From Camelus ferus (lineage: Eukaryota): DNA of 64,000 bases. The stretch's first letter is position 1; each line of letters opens with the position of its first letter. The translations under genes were made by a program, and so were the position numbers. The stretch spans positions 90,584,001 through 90,648,000 of the forward strand of contig NC_045697.1 of assembly GCF_009834535.1 (NCBI RefSeq). Direction: 5' to 3'. This document shows, one piece after another, positions 28,575 through 42,479 of the stretch. A model generated the notes under the pieces. That model saw only the letters and a program-made list of their open reading frames with translations, had not been told where the DNA came from and ran no database searches.

Positions 28575-30604
28575 GATGGTTTAGAGGTTTGTTTGCAGTT
28601 GTGTTGCCTTTTTGTCCATTTGTCCAACAAACATTTATTGAATTTCTACTCTCTGCCAAACACTGTTCTGAAGGCCAGGGTACAGCACAAAAGAGCTAAA
28701 ACTTCCTGCCTTCACAGAGCTTATGTTCTAGCAAGAGAGGCAGACCACAAATAAGACAAGTAAGTAAAATATGTTGATAAAAGCTAAGAGAAAAAAAAAA
28801 TGAAGCAAGAAAATGGGATATGAAGTGTGGAAGACAAGGTGGCCCAGGAAAGTGTTGCTGAGGTGACCTCAGATCTAAAGAAAGTGAGGAAGCTAATCAG
28901 GCGGACTCCTCAGGAAAGAAGAGTGAACACTGCAAAGGCCCTGAGACTCTGCTTTTAATACTGACATGTAAATCGCCAGAACTTTATTGTTCCCTAAATC
29001 AGTAAATCAAATCCAATGCAGCAAATTAAAATAAACATTTTCAGCTCAATATATTGAAAAGAGCTGATTCAGAGGACTTAATAGAGGTTAAAAAAAAAAA
29101 AAGCTACACTTCTAAGTACTTTTACTTTTGCCATCGTCCATCAATGAATACATGTCAGAAATAAGCTGGAAGATTTCATAAAGGAGTATGTTATAAACAC
29201 TTAACTATGGAGTCAAATGTGGGTGGAGGGGGGAAAGGAAGGCAAGAAAGATAATGGAGAGAAAATTGCCCTGGGGAGAAGCAAAACACTTGTTTTTCTG
29301 TCTTCTGAGAAATTTATGTTCCCTATGACCAGAGATTGTTCCTTTGACCTTTCTTGGCACCTTAAAAAGACAGTCTTACCTGGAGTGTAACTCAGGCAAT
29401 TTCCCCCTTAATTTTCTTCCTGAGACCTTCAAATTACCTTAAGAGAGAAAAACTTTTCATATTTCAGATTTTTGCACATAAAATGCCAATAATGTTTTGA
29501 ATTTGTGGTGGATTTTACTAAGGATTTTAAAGTCAGTGCAATGAGAAGACTTTAAATTTTTCTAGGAATAATGATTAATTCAACTGCTTCAGAAAAATTA
29601 ATCTGGCAGCAGCATGTCAAATGGTGAGAAGGCCTAAGAAACCAGTTGAGTCGAACAAGCTGCTACAGAAAGGAAGGTAGCACCATACATGGTACCAGAA
29701 GGACTTGCCAACCAGTTTTATGTGAGATAATCAAAATTTTAACAAACTTCCTGCTCTGGAATCCTTCTGGCTTAAATATTTGTTTGTTTGCTTTTTTTTT
29801 TATGAGTTTTAAGAGTGTTGAAACACACTTGATAAAAAATTTGAATCTGTAAGTTCAAAAAAGCCAATAACTCATCTCACGTTTTGTAGATGTGTTTCAA
29901 GACTGCAGATCCTACAGAGTAAGAAATAATAAGATGGAATCTCCCTTTATGAGAAACCATCAAACAAGCTATACAGAGGAATCAGAAACATATCAGATGC
30001 TACTGTGGAGGGAATCTCCAGGATATATGAAGTGAAAAGAGCAAGTTGGAAGAAAACAGAGCAGATATGTACAGCATAGATGTGCACCTAGTAAGTGTTT
30101 TTGCCAAAAGAACTCAAACCTCACTCTCACAGGCCTCTGATGAGTTCTCAAAGTGGTTTGGGGGACCATGGGGTCACCAAGATCCTTTCAGGGACTCCAT
30201 AAGGTCAAAACTTTTATAATACTAACACATTTTGCCTATTTTATTCATTCTCTCTTTAGTGAGTGTATAGTGCAGTTTTCCAGCAGTTACATGATGTGTG
30301 ATATTACAGCAAACGGAGTGCAAAAGCTATTGTGTAAATCCCACTGTCTTTTACTAAGCCAGATAAAGAGATTTTCAAAAATACAGAAGAAAGCTATTCT
30401 TCTCACTTTTTTGTTGGAAAAATATTTTTTAGTTTAAAACGTTACTTATGAAGGAGTTCATTATTATTTTACATGAATTAACATTTTTAAAATGTTTCAA
30501 TGTTTGAAATGGTTAATATCAATATATATAACACAAAAACAGAAGATTCTTTGTGGCTTTCAATAGTATGTAAGAGTGAAAAGGTTTGTTCTGTTCTAGA
30601 CTAT

Positions 30605-30780
30605 GTCACTGGTTCTCAACCCTGCACATGAAAATTACCTGGGGAATTTAAACACCGACGCCAGGTCTCACTTCTAGAGATTCTGATTTAACAGTCTGGG
30701 CACAAGCCAAGTATTAAACAGAACAAAACACCCCTCCCTCATCTCATTTGACTGTGCAGTCTGGATTGAGAATCACTGCT
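30605..30780. mobile_element. MER5-like hAT DNA transposon relic (similar copy at about 24950-25125)
   Basis: ggttctcaaccct...agagattctgatttaa...ttgagaatcactg with imperfect terminal inverted repeats. Confidence 0.6.
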
Positions 30781-31099
30781 CCAGATAGAATTACCAATTT
30801 AAATAAAATAAAGGAGAAAGAAGAATATGTCGTATAATCTTAAAGGGCTGAAATGAGTAAAACCAGACAGTAAGACAGTGACTAGACAAAAGACCCCTGC
30901 TAAATTATAGGGGCAGAAATTAAAGTGATTTCTAATAGAAGGTGCAAGGGTTACTCCGAGAACTAAAACTAAACTGGGTTAATTCCACACGGTTGGTTTA
31001 CTACTCCGTCCCAGTTTTGGCTGTTAAATATCCTTACATAGAATTGGCTCTCCCGGGTTCCTTACCGCACCTTCCAGGGTCAGAACCCATTGCCTTCCA

Positions 31100-31910
31100 C
31101 CCCTGCCCGCGCAGAGACTACCCAGCACCAACACTTTCCCAGACAGCGCCGCGCGGAAGAGTCGCGTGTCGGGAGTCACATATCTGGCGCCAGGTGGCGG
31201 CAGGCGGTTAGAGGCGCCTGCGCAGCTCCTCGCCCCTTGGCACGCTGTTCTCCCAGCGTCCTGTGCGCCGCTTTCCCGCCAGGACGACGCTGAGGCGTTT
31301 TCAGCTTCCCTTCGTCGTCTCTCCCGCGCTCGTTGTGGGCTGCTGCTGCCTGTTTTTACGTCCGTCGACCCACCATGCAGCGTGATCTTCAGAAGAAGAA
31401 GCAGGAGAAGAAGGCGGAAAAGCGGCTCTTTGACGCCGGGTCCTTCGGGAAGGACCTGCTGGCAGGCGGGGTGGCGGCGGCTGTGTCCAAGACGACGGTG
31501 GCGCCCATCGAGCGGGTGAAGCTGCTGCTGCAGGTGCAGGCGTCGTCCAAGCAGATCAGCCCCGAGGCGCAGTACAAAGGCATGATCGACTGCCTGGTGC
31601 GGATTCCTCGTGAGCAAGGTGAGTACGGGAGGCCGCCCGCCGCGCCAGCCTCTCTCCGAGCCGGGTCCCCTTCCCTGAAAACGGAGTGGCCGGGAGGGGA
31701 CGACTGCGAGCGCCACGGCCGTGTGTGTCGGTGGTTAAGTTGGTTTCTTCGGCTTCGATAGTTCGATTTCCTAACCAGTGTAAGAGGCTCTGCTTTTCCA
31801 CGTCCGAGAAGGCCCACACGTGACCAGTCCTTAGGTAGGGGAGACTACCATCTTCTCTTTCTAAATTTCTCGTTTGCAGCAGGATTTACACCTCGGTGCA
31901 CCGTCTCGCT
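31100..31910 (+). promoter_or_regulatory. SLC25A31: CpG island promoter of SLC25A31
   Basis: High GC and CpG density against an AT-rich background; contains E2F site TTTCCCGCCA (31272-31281), NRF1-like GCGCCTGCGCA (31214-31224), MYB-like GGCGGTTA (31203-31210), E-box CACGTG (31817-31822). Confidence 0.88.
31375..31618 (+). CDS. SLC25A31: SLC25A31 (ADP/ATP translocase 4, ANT4) coding exon 1
   Basis: caccATG Kozak; [56 protein letters not shown]|gtgagt donor; ANT4-type basic N-terminal extension. Confidence 0.97.
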
Positions 31911-32587
31911 CTGGAGGAAAGTAGTTGACCTCCCAGAATTGAGGGAGATGCCATTAGGCACTTGGCTGTACGTTAATAGGTGCTTTACGTTGCTTAAATA
32001 TTTGTTGAAATACTACGTTTAAGAGAAGCATTCCAAATATGGAAACATTGAGGCCTCTCAGTATCTAGTACGTGTTGAGAGAAAAGAGGTTCTGTTTATT
32101 CTCAGGAACTATTGAAGACCAGCGCTGCAACTAAAGAAGCAATCACATCTGCATAAATTTGAGGGGCGGGGGGGGCAAAAAACTCAATAATAAAAACGAA
32201 TAATATTTTAATGCAGTATTTTAAAAAAATCAAAATTAATGTGAAAACCCCATGATAAGCAAAATATTAAAATTTTAAGTAAAGATTTTTTTATAGTTTT
32301 TTTTGCTGTTTTTTAAAAAAATTATTGGAGTACAGTTGATTTACAATGTGTTAGTTTCAGGTGTACAGCAAAGTGATTCACTTATACATACATATTTATA
32401 TATTCTTTTTCAGATTCTTTCCCGTTATAGGTTATTACAAAACATTGAATAAAGACATGATCAGTATTAATTTCTTATTTGCGTCAAGCGGTCTTTAGCT
32501 AAAATTTTGATATTTTTGTTCATTGAGGAGTTTTTTTCTATTAATATTGAAATGTTTTCAAGGAATAAATAATGAAAATGCTTTGTT

Positions 32588-33194
32588 TTGGTTTTTTGTG
32601 TATATTTTTATTGGAGTATAGTGAGTTTACAGTGTTGTATCAATTTCTCATGTACAGCATAATGCTTCAGTCATACATGAACATATACATATTTATTTTT
32701 ACATTCTTTTTCACCATAAGTTTCTACAAGATATTGAATACAGTTCCCTGTGCTATACAGTATGAACTTGTTATTTATATACAGTAGTTAGTATCCGCAA
32801 ATCTCGAACTCCCAATTTATCCCTTCTCACCCTCTTCCCCACCCTGGTAACCATGTTTGTTTTCTATGTCTGTGAGGAGTGTTTTGTTTTATAAATAAGT
32901 TTGTTTGTCTTTTTTTTTTTTTTAATTCGACATATAAGTGATATCATATGGTGTTTTTCTTTCTCTTTCTTGCTTATGTCACTTAGAATGACAATCTCCA
33001 GGTCCATCTATGTTGGTACAAATGGCATTATTTTATTTTTTATGGCTGAATAGTAGTCCATTGTATAAGTACATCACAACTTATTTATCCAGTCATCTGT
33101 GGTTGGACATTTAGGTTGTTTCCATGTCTTGGCTATTGTAAATAGTGCTGCTATGAACACTGGGGTGCATGTATTTTTTTGAATTAAGATTCCA
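32588..33194 (-). mobile_element. L1 3' fragment with 13-bp TSD
   Basis: TSD aaaatgctttgtt at 32575-32587 and 33195-33207; reverse complement of the L1 3' region at 43830-44475. Confidence 0.88.
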
Positions 33195-36100
33195 AAAATG
33201 CTTTGTTAACCATTCATTGCCCTCCTGTTGCAGAATGGCTCCTAAGTTAGCTAAATGGATAAGACGATAAATTGGTCAGAAATCTCCTATAATTCACCCA
33301 TATAGTTGGATTCAGTTGAAACCTCTTTATGAACTGTAAAAAGGAAATAGACCTATTTATTGTGTATTCTTAACAAGAAGGGAAGTGGCTTCAACTCCAG
33401 TGCAGTCCTTTCTTTCACTCCTATATGTCAAGGGCAGGTTACTTTTTCTCCCATAAAAAAAGAATTCCCTTTCTAGGGATGCGGTTATAACTCTTTTTGA
33501 CATGTTGGGTGGAGTTTTTAGGATCAAGGGTAAACTCTTGAGGTGTCATTTAACCTGTTGATTTAGAATGCCCCACCTGGGAGCTAAGCTTAGATCTTTC
33601 AGTTAGTGGTTCACAGCTCCCCACTTCTGTTTATTTTATCAGAGCAAGGTTCCCACTTTTCTTCTTATTTGCTAATCTGCTTTAAATATTTACTCAGGTA
33701 AAGTTAAATAGTCTGGATAGATAGTGCTGAGCAGTGCTAAATCATTTTATATTTTAAATGTTTTTTTGTAATATTTAAACCTAGATATTTTCAATATAAC
33801 TCTTGTAAATTGAGACCCTTCTGAAAATAGTATTCTGGTCCCTACTTTCTGTACTTTCCAAGATGAGATGATCATAAGCAGAATTTTAAAAAAATATTTT
33901 CTATTATATATAAGGCCTTGTTATGAATACACCATGGTATATTCTATGCTAAAGGATTAGTAATTCACAACAGGGTTAATATTGCCATCTAGGGGCATTT
34001 TTGGAAACTTGTGAGGAATTTTTTGTTTAGCATGAAGATGAAAGGGTGTAATCCTAAACTGCAGTGGTATGAAAGGCAAAATCCAGGGCTGCTACACATC
34101 CTGCTGCTGCTATACGTGGCTGGTCCTACACAATAAAGACTTATCCTGCAACTGAATGACTCAGATCTCCCACTGGGTATTCATACAGCAGTAAAACCAG
34201 TTTATGATTATCTAAGCCTAGAAACTCTGGTTTACCTATAAACACAAACTGTCTGTGCATAGTTCTAGCATACATTGATTCCAGGAATGCAGCTACCATG
34301 TAAGTAAAGGGAAGATTGTACTTTGTGTTGTTCAGAATTTTACTGAGAGTTGTTCATCATTGTGAAAACTCATGTCAGCAACTCTGTGTGGAATTTAGCC
34401 ACTTATATCATTTGTAAGTATTAAATTCATGATGATTGTGTATATATATAATATACAAATATATTTATTAAGCCCTTTTTTCAGAATGTCACAACTGATT
34501 CATTATAAGTAGAAGCAAGCATCTGACTATTATGTCTATGGTGTGATCATGCCTCACCAATTTACTAGTTAAAATATATATTTTATTATAAATTCCTTTA
34601 TTTTCTCTTTGTATATCACAGAAAGGGCATTACATTGATTTATTTTAATTAGTGAAGAGGTCATGGACTTTGAATTCTATTTATAGTTAGTAAAGGAAGC
34701 ATTGTAACATATTTATTATATATAGAAGACTTGAACCTGGGAGGGTTGAAAATCACTGCTAGATTATTCTGGAACTTTACTAGGCAATCAAATTCTGAGA
34801 CTGTTATTTTCTGGAATTTACCTTTTCTCTCTGTTGTGAAAGTCAAGATACATGGCCATCTCAATGTTCTGAAGTTTCTCTTGTTGTTCGTGTTTGCTTT
34901 AATTGTACCGTAACTTTTCCTTTCAAATGGAGTGAGTATAAGAGACAGTGAACTCAGAAAGCACAACTACATGCTCTCTACTATCTTTTTACCTTATCTC
35001 TTTCTTTACACCTCAAGGAAAGATCTCTTTGTTCTTGCTCTGAATGTAGCTTTGAACATCTCTTTGGGTGTCTTTGATACTTTTTTGTAAGCCTTCCTTG
35101 GCTTATGAAAGCTTCTTCATTTATCCTGACTAATGCTATTCTTAAAGATTTACTCTATTCTTTACTTGATTTTATGACCTTCCAACTTTGTATTTGTACT
35201 TTTATTTAGTACTATTTAAGTCTTTATTACACAAATAATGCGTGTTTAATATAAAAAAGTTGGAAAATACAGAGAAGCAAAAAGTTTTTTAAAAAATCAC
35301 TGTTAAATCACCCCATTTAATATTTTGGTGTCTATGCTATGATTTTTTGCTTAGCAAAACTGCATCTGTAAATATATTTTTTTGCTTGTTAAATTCTTTT
35401 TTGTATATATATATTTACTGAAGTATAGTCAATATATGTGTCAATTTCTATATATTTTAATTAATTTAAATGCTTTATTTAATATATTGTAACATAGCCT
35501 TTTAAAGATATTATCTATAGTCTCATTTTTAAGAGCCTACCAAAACTCATTTCTCTTAGATATTCCTGGCCATGAATTCATCAGCTGTCTTTAATCTGAA
35601 CTTTTCCAAATGTGATTTTTCTGAAGGCTAAAGTAGTGAGGTTTTTACATCTTGAAGATGATGTTTTGGGATATGGAAAGAAAATATTAGGTATACACTT
35701 TATCTAAATAAAATGGCAAAATAAACTTTACTGATATTTAGTAAATGAATTGGCACTGGCACCTGTGGTTGGGCCAAATGTCAGTTACATATCACAGGAC
35801 ATTAAGGCATCCTGGAAAAAGAGTAGGAGTTACACAGGGTAGAGGGGATGACAGGTACCCTAAGTTGTTGTACAATAGACATATTGTAGTTTATGTTTGC
35901 TCAATTAAATAGATTTATAGAGACTATTTGAATATTTGAAACTGTCAAGAAAACTATTTGAAATATAAATTCACATATACTGTTTTTAAGAATGACTTCA
36001 CCTGGTTGCCTTGAGATAATAGCAAATGATAGTATGAAAACGTTATGATTAGCAAGATATCTGAAAAATACTGATTTTTAACTAGTAACACAAATGCCCA

Positions 36101-36556
36101 GTTGTGCCCTAATGTCTAGAATTTTTCTCTGACCATGCTATCTAAATAGCCCTTCCTCATTCTCCATCTTCATATATACTGTTTTTGTTCTTCTGACCAC
36201 TTGATATATTTGATATATTTTTATAGTTATTATGGCCACCTGATGTATTTATTTGTTCAGTGTCTGTCTTCTCAAAATGTAAGCTCCATAAAACTAAGAG
36301 CTTTGTTCCTAGTGCTATCCTCAGCAGGTCCACTGTCCACTTGGTATGAATAAAAGGTTTTGAAATAAAGAATCCTTATCTCGTTATTTAATTTCTCTTT
36401 TGGATGTTTTACAGATATACATAGCAGTGCAGTATAGTAGCAAAGATATATAATTTCCTTTATAAAATATGTACATATTTGAGAGTCATAATTACATTTT
36501 TTTTCCCTGATAGGCCTACTGTCAAAACATGTTTGCGCTTGCTAGTCTAGAATACG

Positions 36557-36793
36557 CAGTTGACTCTTGAACATCATGGGTTTGAACTGTGTGGGTCCAC
36601 TTATACACGAATTTTTTTTCAGTAGTAAATACTATAGTACTACATGGTCCCTGGTTGGTTGCATCTGTGGTTATAGAACCAGGGATATGGAGGAACCAGA
36701 TATAGGAGAGCTGACTGCAAGTTATACTTGGATTTTTGATTGCACGGAGAATTAGCACCTCTAACCCTTGCATTATTGTTCAAGGGTCAACTG
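36557..36793. mobile_element. Tc1/mariner Tigger-family MITE (MER8/Tigger2-like)
   Basis: Terminal inverted repeats cagttgactcttgaaca...tgttcaagggtcaactg (16/17 match), TA on the right flank. Confidence 0.8.
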
Positions 36794-39700
36794 TATTCCC
36801 AGACATGCCTTGGCATTTCCATTCTTGGCTGGTAAGTTGACCAGCAAATGGCCCAGTAACTTTTTCCCATCAGTTCTATATTAATTCTTAATTATTTTCT
36901 CAGAATTAAGTTCAGAGTAGGTTTTTCTCTCCCGTAAATTTAGAAGATATTATTTCTATTTAGTTACTAAGTCAAAAAGTTAAATGTTCTGCTATTAGCA
37001 GAGAAATGTATTGCAATTACTGTTTTTCACTATCAATTTTGTGATTATATGTTAGGAAACTGCTGTTTTATTCTGTGTGACTAGAGAATCAAATACTCCT
37101 ACATTTGCATCACTCTTGCTTTTCGTTTGTTTTATTCTGACCAAATAGTACTACTATTTTTATCCAAAATTGATTTTTACATAGAGGCAATAGAGATTTA
37201 ATAGCTCTAGGTTTGGAGTCAGATATATCTAGAAAGATCTGGAATCAAATCCAAACCTTTCCCTTACCTTGTAACCTTGAACAGTTTTTATTTAACCTCT
37301 CTCAGTCTCTATTTCCTCAGCTGTATCCGTGGTATATTATTACCCACTTCATATGGTAGTAGTTGTGATGGTTAAACAATACAATGTGTGTAAAATACTC
37401 AACCATGTGTCTATTGCATAGTTAATGCTCACTAAATTTCAACTCTGTAATCGTTTTGAATACATTCATACATTTATAAAATCTGTTCCTTGTATTCATT
37501 TGTAAATGAATGTATTCGGGATAAATTTGCATTACACATAGAGTAGATTCTTGTAATCTATCTAAAGAATCTGCATAGTACATAGTGTACTTAAAGTGTA
37601 GTTGAATAAAACCCTGAAATCTGGCCCCAACAAAAAATATTTCTATAGAAAATGCATTCCTCTTTGGACTCTTAGCAAGGACATTGGTGCTCCTAAAAGC
37701 ATGGTACAGCAGTGAGATGCAAAGAAGGAAATAAGAATGAGTTTTTAAAGTGTGATCTGTGGAAAAAGAGGCTAAAACGAGGTTTTAGCCTGGTAGCTGT
37801 AGCTTCAGGGAATCCATGAATTCTGTGAAATATATGCAGCAGTATTTTATGTGTGTTAGATTGTATTTTTTCAGACATAACTCATCAAGAGCTGCCAGTT
37901 TTCCAGTTATACTTCCAAAGATTTATTTGTTTCTAGATTTTCATTGAGACATTGACAGTGTTTTGATGAATCCTCTAGGTTTTTTCATGCAAATACAATT
38001 TTACTAAAAGGAATACATTATTCTGTCAAGGCTAGAAAACCTCTTTAGTCATAAATCTGGCACTCTTTCATGGTCTCATGTTAATATGCAGATGTCTTTG
38101 TCATCAGAATCTTCCATTTATATTCAGTACATTAGCCAAAAATACAAACATTCATGCTACTCTTACATATGACACTCTTTTGTGAAATAAATATTAATTC
38201 AGTACTGTAATCATAATGATAGAATTATAACTAATAACTTATAATCTGATACCCATAATACCTGGGGTTTTTTTTGGGGGGGGTGCAATGAAACCCATAG
38301 TACCTGAATACCATCTAGCCGAATCAGGCATTTCCAAAATGACTATTAATATATGAGTCATGTATAAAATGGAAATTCTAATATATTTTGATACATGACA
38401 CTTTTTCTTTTCATTTATTAGTGTTTTTTTTTTAAACAAATGATGATTTCATCTTAAATCTCATTTGATCAGATTGGCAATTCTCCAGCCAATATGTTCT
38501 TCTTTATCCTTTTAAGATTGACTTTATCCTCTGCCAGTAATCTGTTTTTGTATTACTATAAAGTACGGTGTAGAAAACCAAATCTTATTCTTCATTATCA
38601 TTTACACCATCATATTTTACACTCTGTTTCTCTTCCACAGATCTGACCTCAGAAAATACAATTGCCTAATTATATTTTTAAATGTTTTTATTTACTATGA
38701 AGAACTTAAAAATCACTAAAAATATCTCCAAAAATTAGATTCACCAACTCCCTCAGTAATTCAGTGTGGCCATAACTAGCAAGAAATATTCTGTTATAAT
38801 TTGCTTACATTTCTTATGTTTTAAGATTTTTATTTTTCTTCCATTAAAGAAAAATTATTGACTTTTCTTAGTACAGAAAATATTTTCATGTTTAAAGTAT
38901 TTATGGAAAAGTATTGCAATTAAGAGACAAAATTATTGAGTCAGATTGCTTGAGTTTGAATTTAAGGTCTACAGTTTTCTAACTGGGCAAGTTAGTTAGC
39001 TAACTTCTCTCTACCTTAGAAGTTGTTTTAATATCATTTCATCATATTTAAAATGGAGATATTAGTAATTCCTACCTCATGAGTGATTATGAGGATGAAA
39101 TGAATAAAAAGCAGTTCCTTGAAATTAGTTTTATTGTTTTTGTTAATATAGCCTCAACATTTTTACAATAATCATTTTCCTTTAAAAAAAAAAATAGAGA
39201 ACTTTATTTACCATACTGCTCTTAAGATTTGTTTCTCCAGAAACCCAAACCTGGAGAAGAGCTTTGGGGACATATGACTTGATTCTAAATCCTGGTTATA
39301 GTTTTTAAACTTACAAAAGTTTCAGTTTGTGCATGTATAAAGTGAGTACTATAGGAGAACCTGTATCATAAGCATAGTATATCGAATGAAATTTACATAT
39401 AAAGCTTTTGCCAGTGCTGGCACATACTAAATGCTAGAAGTTGTAGCTATTACCATTATGTGTTAAATGCCCTAGTGATTATGCCTAGAAACTGAATCAG
39501 CTTCTAGGATTCTAGATTATTTCTTGGCTTCTAGATTATTTCTTGGCTATTAAAAGTACTTCTTAATTGTCTTTGTGAAATTGCTTTATATTCAGCTTGA
39601 GAGTCACGAAGATTCACTGTTTTTTCCCACAGGGTGTACTTACTTATTTAACAAATATGTATCTTTCCCTCTGTGTACTTACCTCATCTAACTTTCAGTT

Positions 39701-40482
39701 TCTGAGCGCCGGGCCCAGTCAACTGAGATTATTTTCATTTGAATTTTTATTTTTAGAAGACTGGTTCTGGATATTCTATTCTCCAAACTGGGACTAGAGG
39801 TATCCTATTAAGAGCTGCAAAGTAAAGCTATAACAATAGCCAGAGGTACTGAAGAGCTAGCCTGTTGTATTCTATGGCAGCTATGGATTATAAAGGCAGC
39901 TCTGAGTTATAAAGGTAACACAATTACTGAATTATAAAGTTTAGTCAATCCATGGAAATTTGAAGTGGGAAGATCTTGAAAGTTTCTTCTAATCTTTCAG
40001 GCCTCTGAAAACTGCCTTGAATTGAAAATTGATTCCTTTTTTGGCTAGGTTTCAGAACATAAAGATAAGACTTATCCCTCATTCTCAGGAGTATGTGTAC
40101 AAAACAATTTTGTTCCAACAGCCTAGTTACTGTAGGAATTGTATTTTCTGATTTGGAAATGAGGCTAAGGGTTACTAGCTTCTCTGACAAATACTAGTAA
40201 GCTCTATTTTTCTACTAGTAAAGAGCCTTATATTCAGTTGATAATGCTTTCCATAGGTTTTCAGGTATTCAGGGCTTCTTATTGGAAATTAACAAAACTG
40301 GAATGGGGTACATGGAGTTAACTCTCTTTTCTCTTCAGTTGGAGACACATGTAAACTTTTTTTTTTCTCATAAGAAAAGGTGTAAGTTTTAGATAATTCA
40401 ACCAGCTACGTTTGTTAAAACTATGGAAATTATTTACTAATAATACAATATAAGTTTATATTTAGTATGTTTTCTTCTCTAG

Positions 40483-40610
40483 GTTTCCTCAGTTATTGGC
40501 GTGGCAACTTGGCAAATGTCATCCGGTATTTTCCAACACAAGCTCTAAACTTTGCTTTTAAAGACAAATACAAACAACTTTTCATGTCCGGAGTTAATAA
40601 AGAAAAACAG
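40483..40610 (+). CDS. SLC25A31: SLC25A31 coding exon 2
   Basis: ctctag acceptor, CAG|gtaatt; [42 protein letters not shown]. Confidence 0.97.
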
Positions 40611-40616
40611 GTAATT

Positions 40617-40979
40617 TTTTAATTTTATTTTTTATTGGATGAAAGATTTTTTTTTAAGTCCATAGTGGTTTACAATTTTCAGAAGTTTCACACATGTGAT
40701 TTCATGTAATGCATGGTACCCCTTTTTTTCCCCCTTTGTTGCCCTTTCCCCTCCTCTCTCCCCACTGGTAACCACTAGTTTGTTCTCTATATCTATGAGT
40801 CCACTGCTTTTTTGTTTTATTCACTAGTTGTAGTTTTTCAGATTCTACATATAAGTGATATCATACAGTATTTGTCTTTATCTGTCTGATTTATTTCACT
40901 TAGCATAATGCCCTCCATGTACATCTATGTTGCTGCAAATGGCAAAATTTTCATTCTTTTTTATGGCTGAGTAGTCTTC

Positions 40980-41025
<46 letters not shown>

Positions 41026-41212
41026 CTCACATCTTCTTTATCCATTCATCTGCTGATGAACACTTAGGTGGCTTCCCTACCTTGGCAATTGTAAATAATG
41101 CTGCTGTGAATACAGTGGTGCGTGTATCTTTTCGAGTTGGTATTTTGGGGTTTTTTTCTGGATATACACCTGAGAGTAGAATTCCTGGGTCATATGGTAG
41201 TTCTATTTTTAG
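40617..41212 (-). mobile_element. L1 3' fragment at the SLC25A31 exon 2 donor, containing (GT)n at 40982-41023
   Basis: L1 minus-strand motifs (cacttagcataatgccctcc; catatggtagttctatttttag); degenerate TSD 40602-40616 / 41213-41227. Confidence 0.85.
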
Positions 41213-42479
41213 GAAAAACCAGTAATTATATTTTAATATCTCTAAAATTTTCTAAGAAATAGTTGGATTTCTTACCTGTGGAGTTCTATTTGGGAAAGAG
41301 GTGTTCAAGTGGTGGGAAACAATAATAGTTAAAACATTCTATTAGCCTATTATAATATGCATTAAGTTATAGAAGTTACATATGAAAAACATAGAATTAT
41401 ATAAACTTGTACAAATTTCTCTAAACCTCTTAACAGTTTAATAACTAAGGGGTCTTTTGTCTCAAGGCAATATTTCTCTGATTTAAGTGTTAATTTTTAA
41501 TATGACTTACATATTATTGTCACTATTCTGCACTAAAAAATTTCAGCATTCAATCTGGTTTTGGTAAGCAAAAAAAAAAAAAAAAAAAAAAAAAAACCAG
41601 TCAGCAGCTATGTATTTCCTACCACTGAAGCAATTTATTTCCTAAAGAAGTAAATTGTTTCTTCTTTATGACTAAGGATCTGTTTAGCTGTGACTAAAAT
41701 GTGTAGGAAGATCAAATCAAACAAACAGGAAAATGATAAATTTAAGTTAGAGAATTCTCTCTTTTTATTACAAAAGTCCTTTTCCTTTTCACGATAATCA
41801 TTCTCTTGGTTACAGAAATCTCACTTTCAAAATTTCCTGCTCATATACACTATATACCATTTGTCATGGTCTCCATTTCTTTTGTTACCTCGATATACAC
41901 TAGACCACCTACATTACTCTCAAGGTCTTCCCCTCATCCACCCTCTCTACCCCATCATTCTTTCTTTTTTTCTCTTTCACTCAACCAACCAACCAACCAA
42001 GCTGTCCTAGCAGGTTCTTTAAAAGCAACTATTCATGGACCATTTCTTTGTTGCTACTTCCTTTCATTTCTTTTTAGACCCTTAATTCCCTTTTTTCCAC
42101 AATTTATATATCATTGGCAAATATATATTGAATGTTTTGAACTGTCTAACTATGTAGTGGGAGGTATAAAGTTAACAAAGAAAGTTCTTTAGACTTAGGT
42201 TCAGAAGATCTGGATTTGGATCCTGGCATTCAGGTTATTTAGCTGTAAGAGTTTTTGAAAATCACCTTTCTGATCCTTAGTTTCCTCATGTGAAAATTGG
42301 ATATAGTAATACCTACCTCATGAGGTTTAGATGAGTAAGGTTTAGATGAGACTAAACATGTAAAGACACATAAAGTGCTTACAGTTGTGTTGTGCTTTTG
42401 TAGTAAGAACTCAGAAAAACGTTTCTGTCTTCTTTAGCTAGCAGCTCTAATAGTTGGAACTTTTCTTGACTGAGAACCT

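Noticed and set aside
31024..31819. Long overlapping ORFs (up to 230 aa) on both strands around SLC25A31 exon 1
   Set aside because: Expected from stop-codon scarcity in a CpG island and from antisense overlap with the real exon
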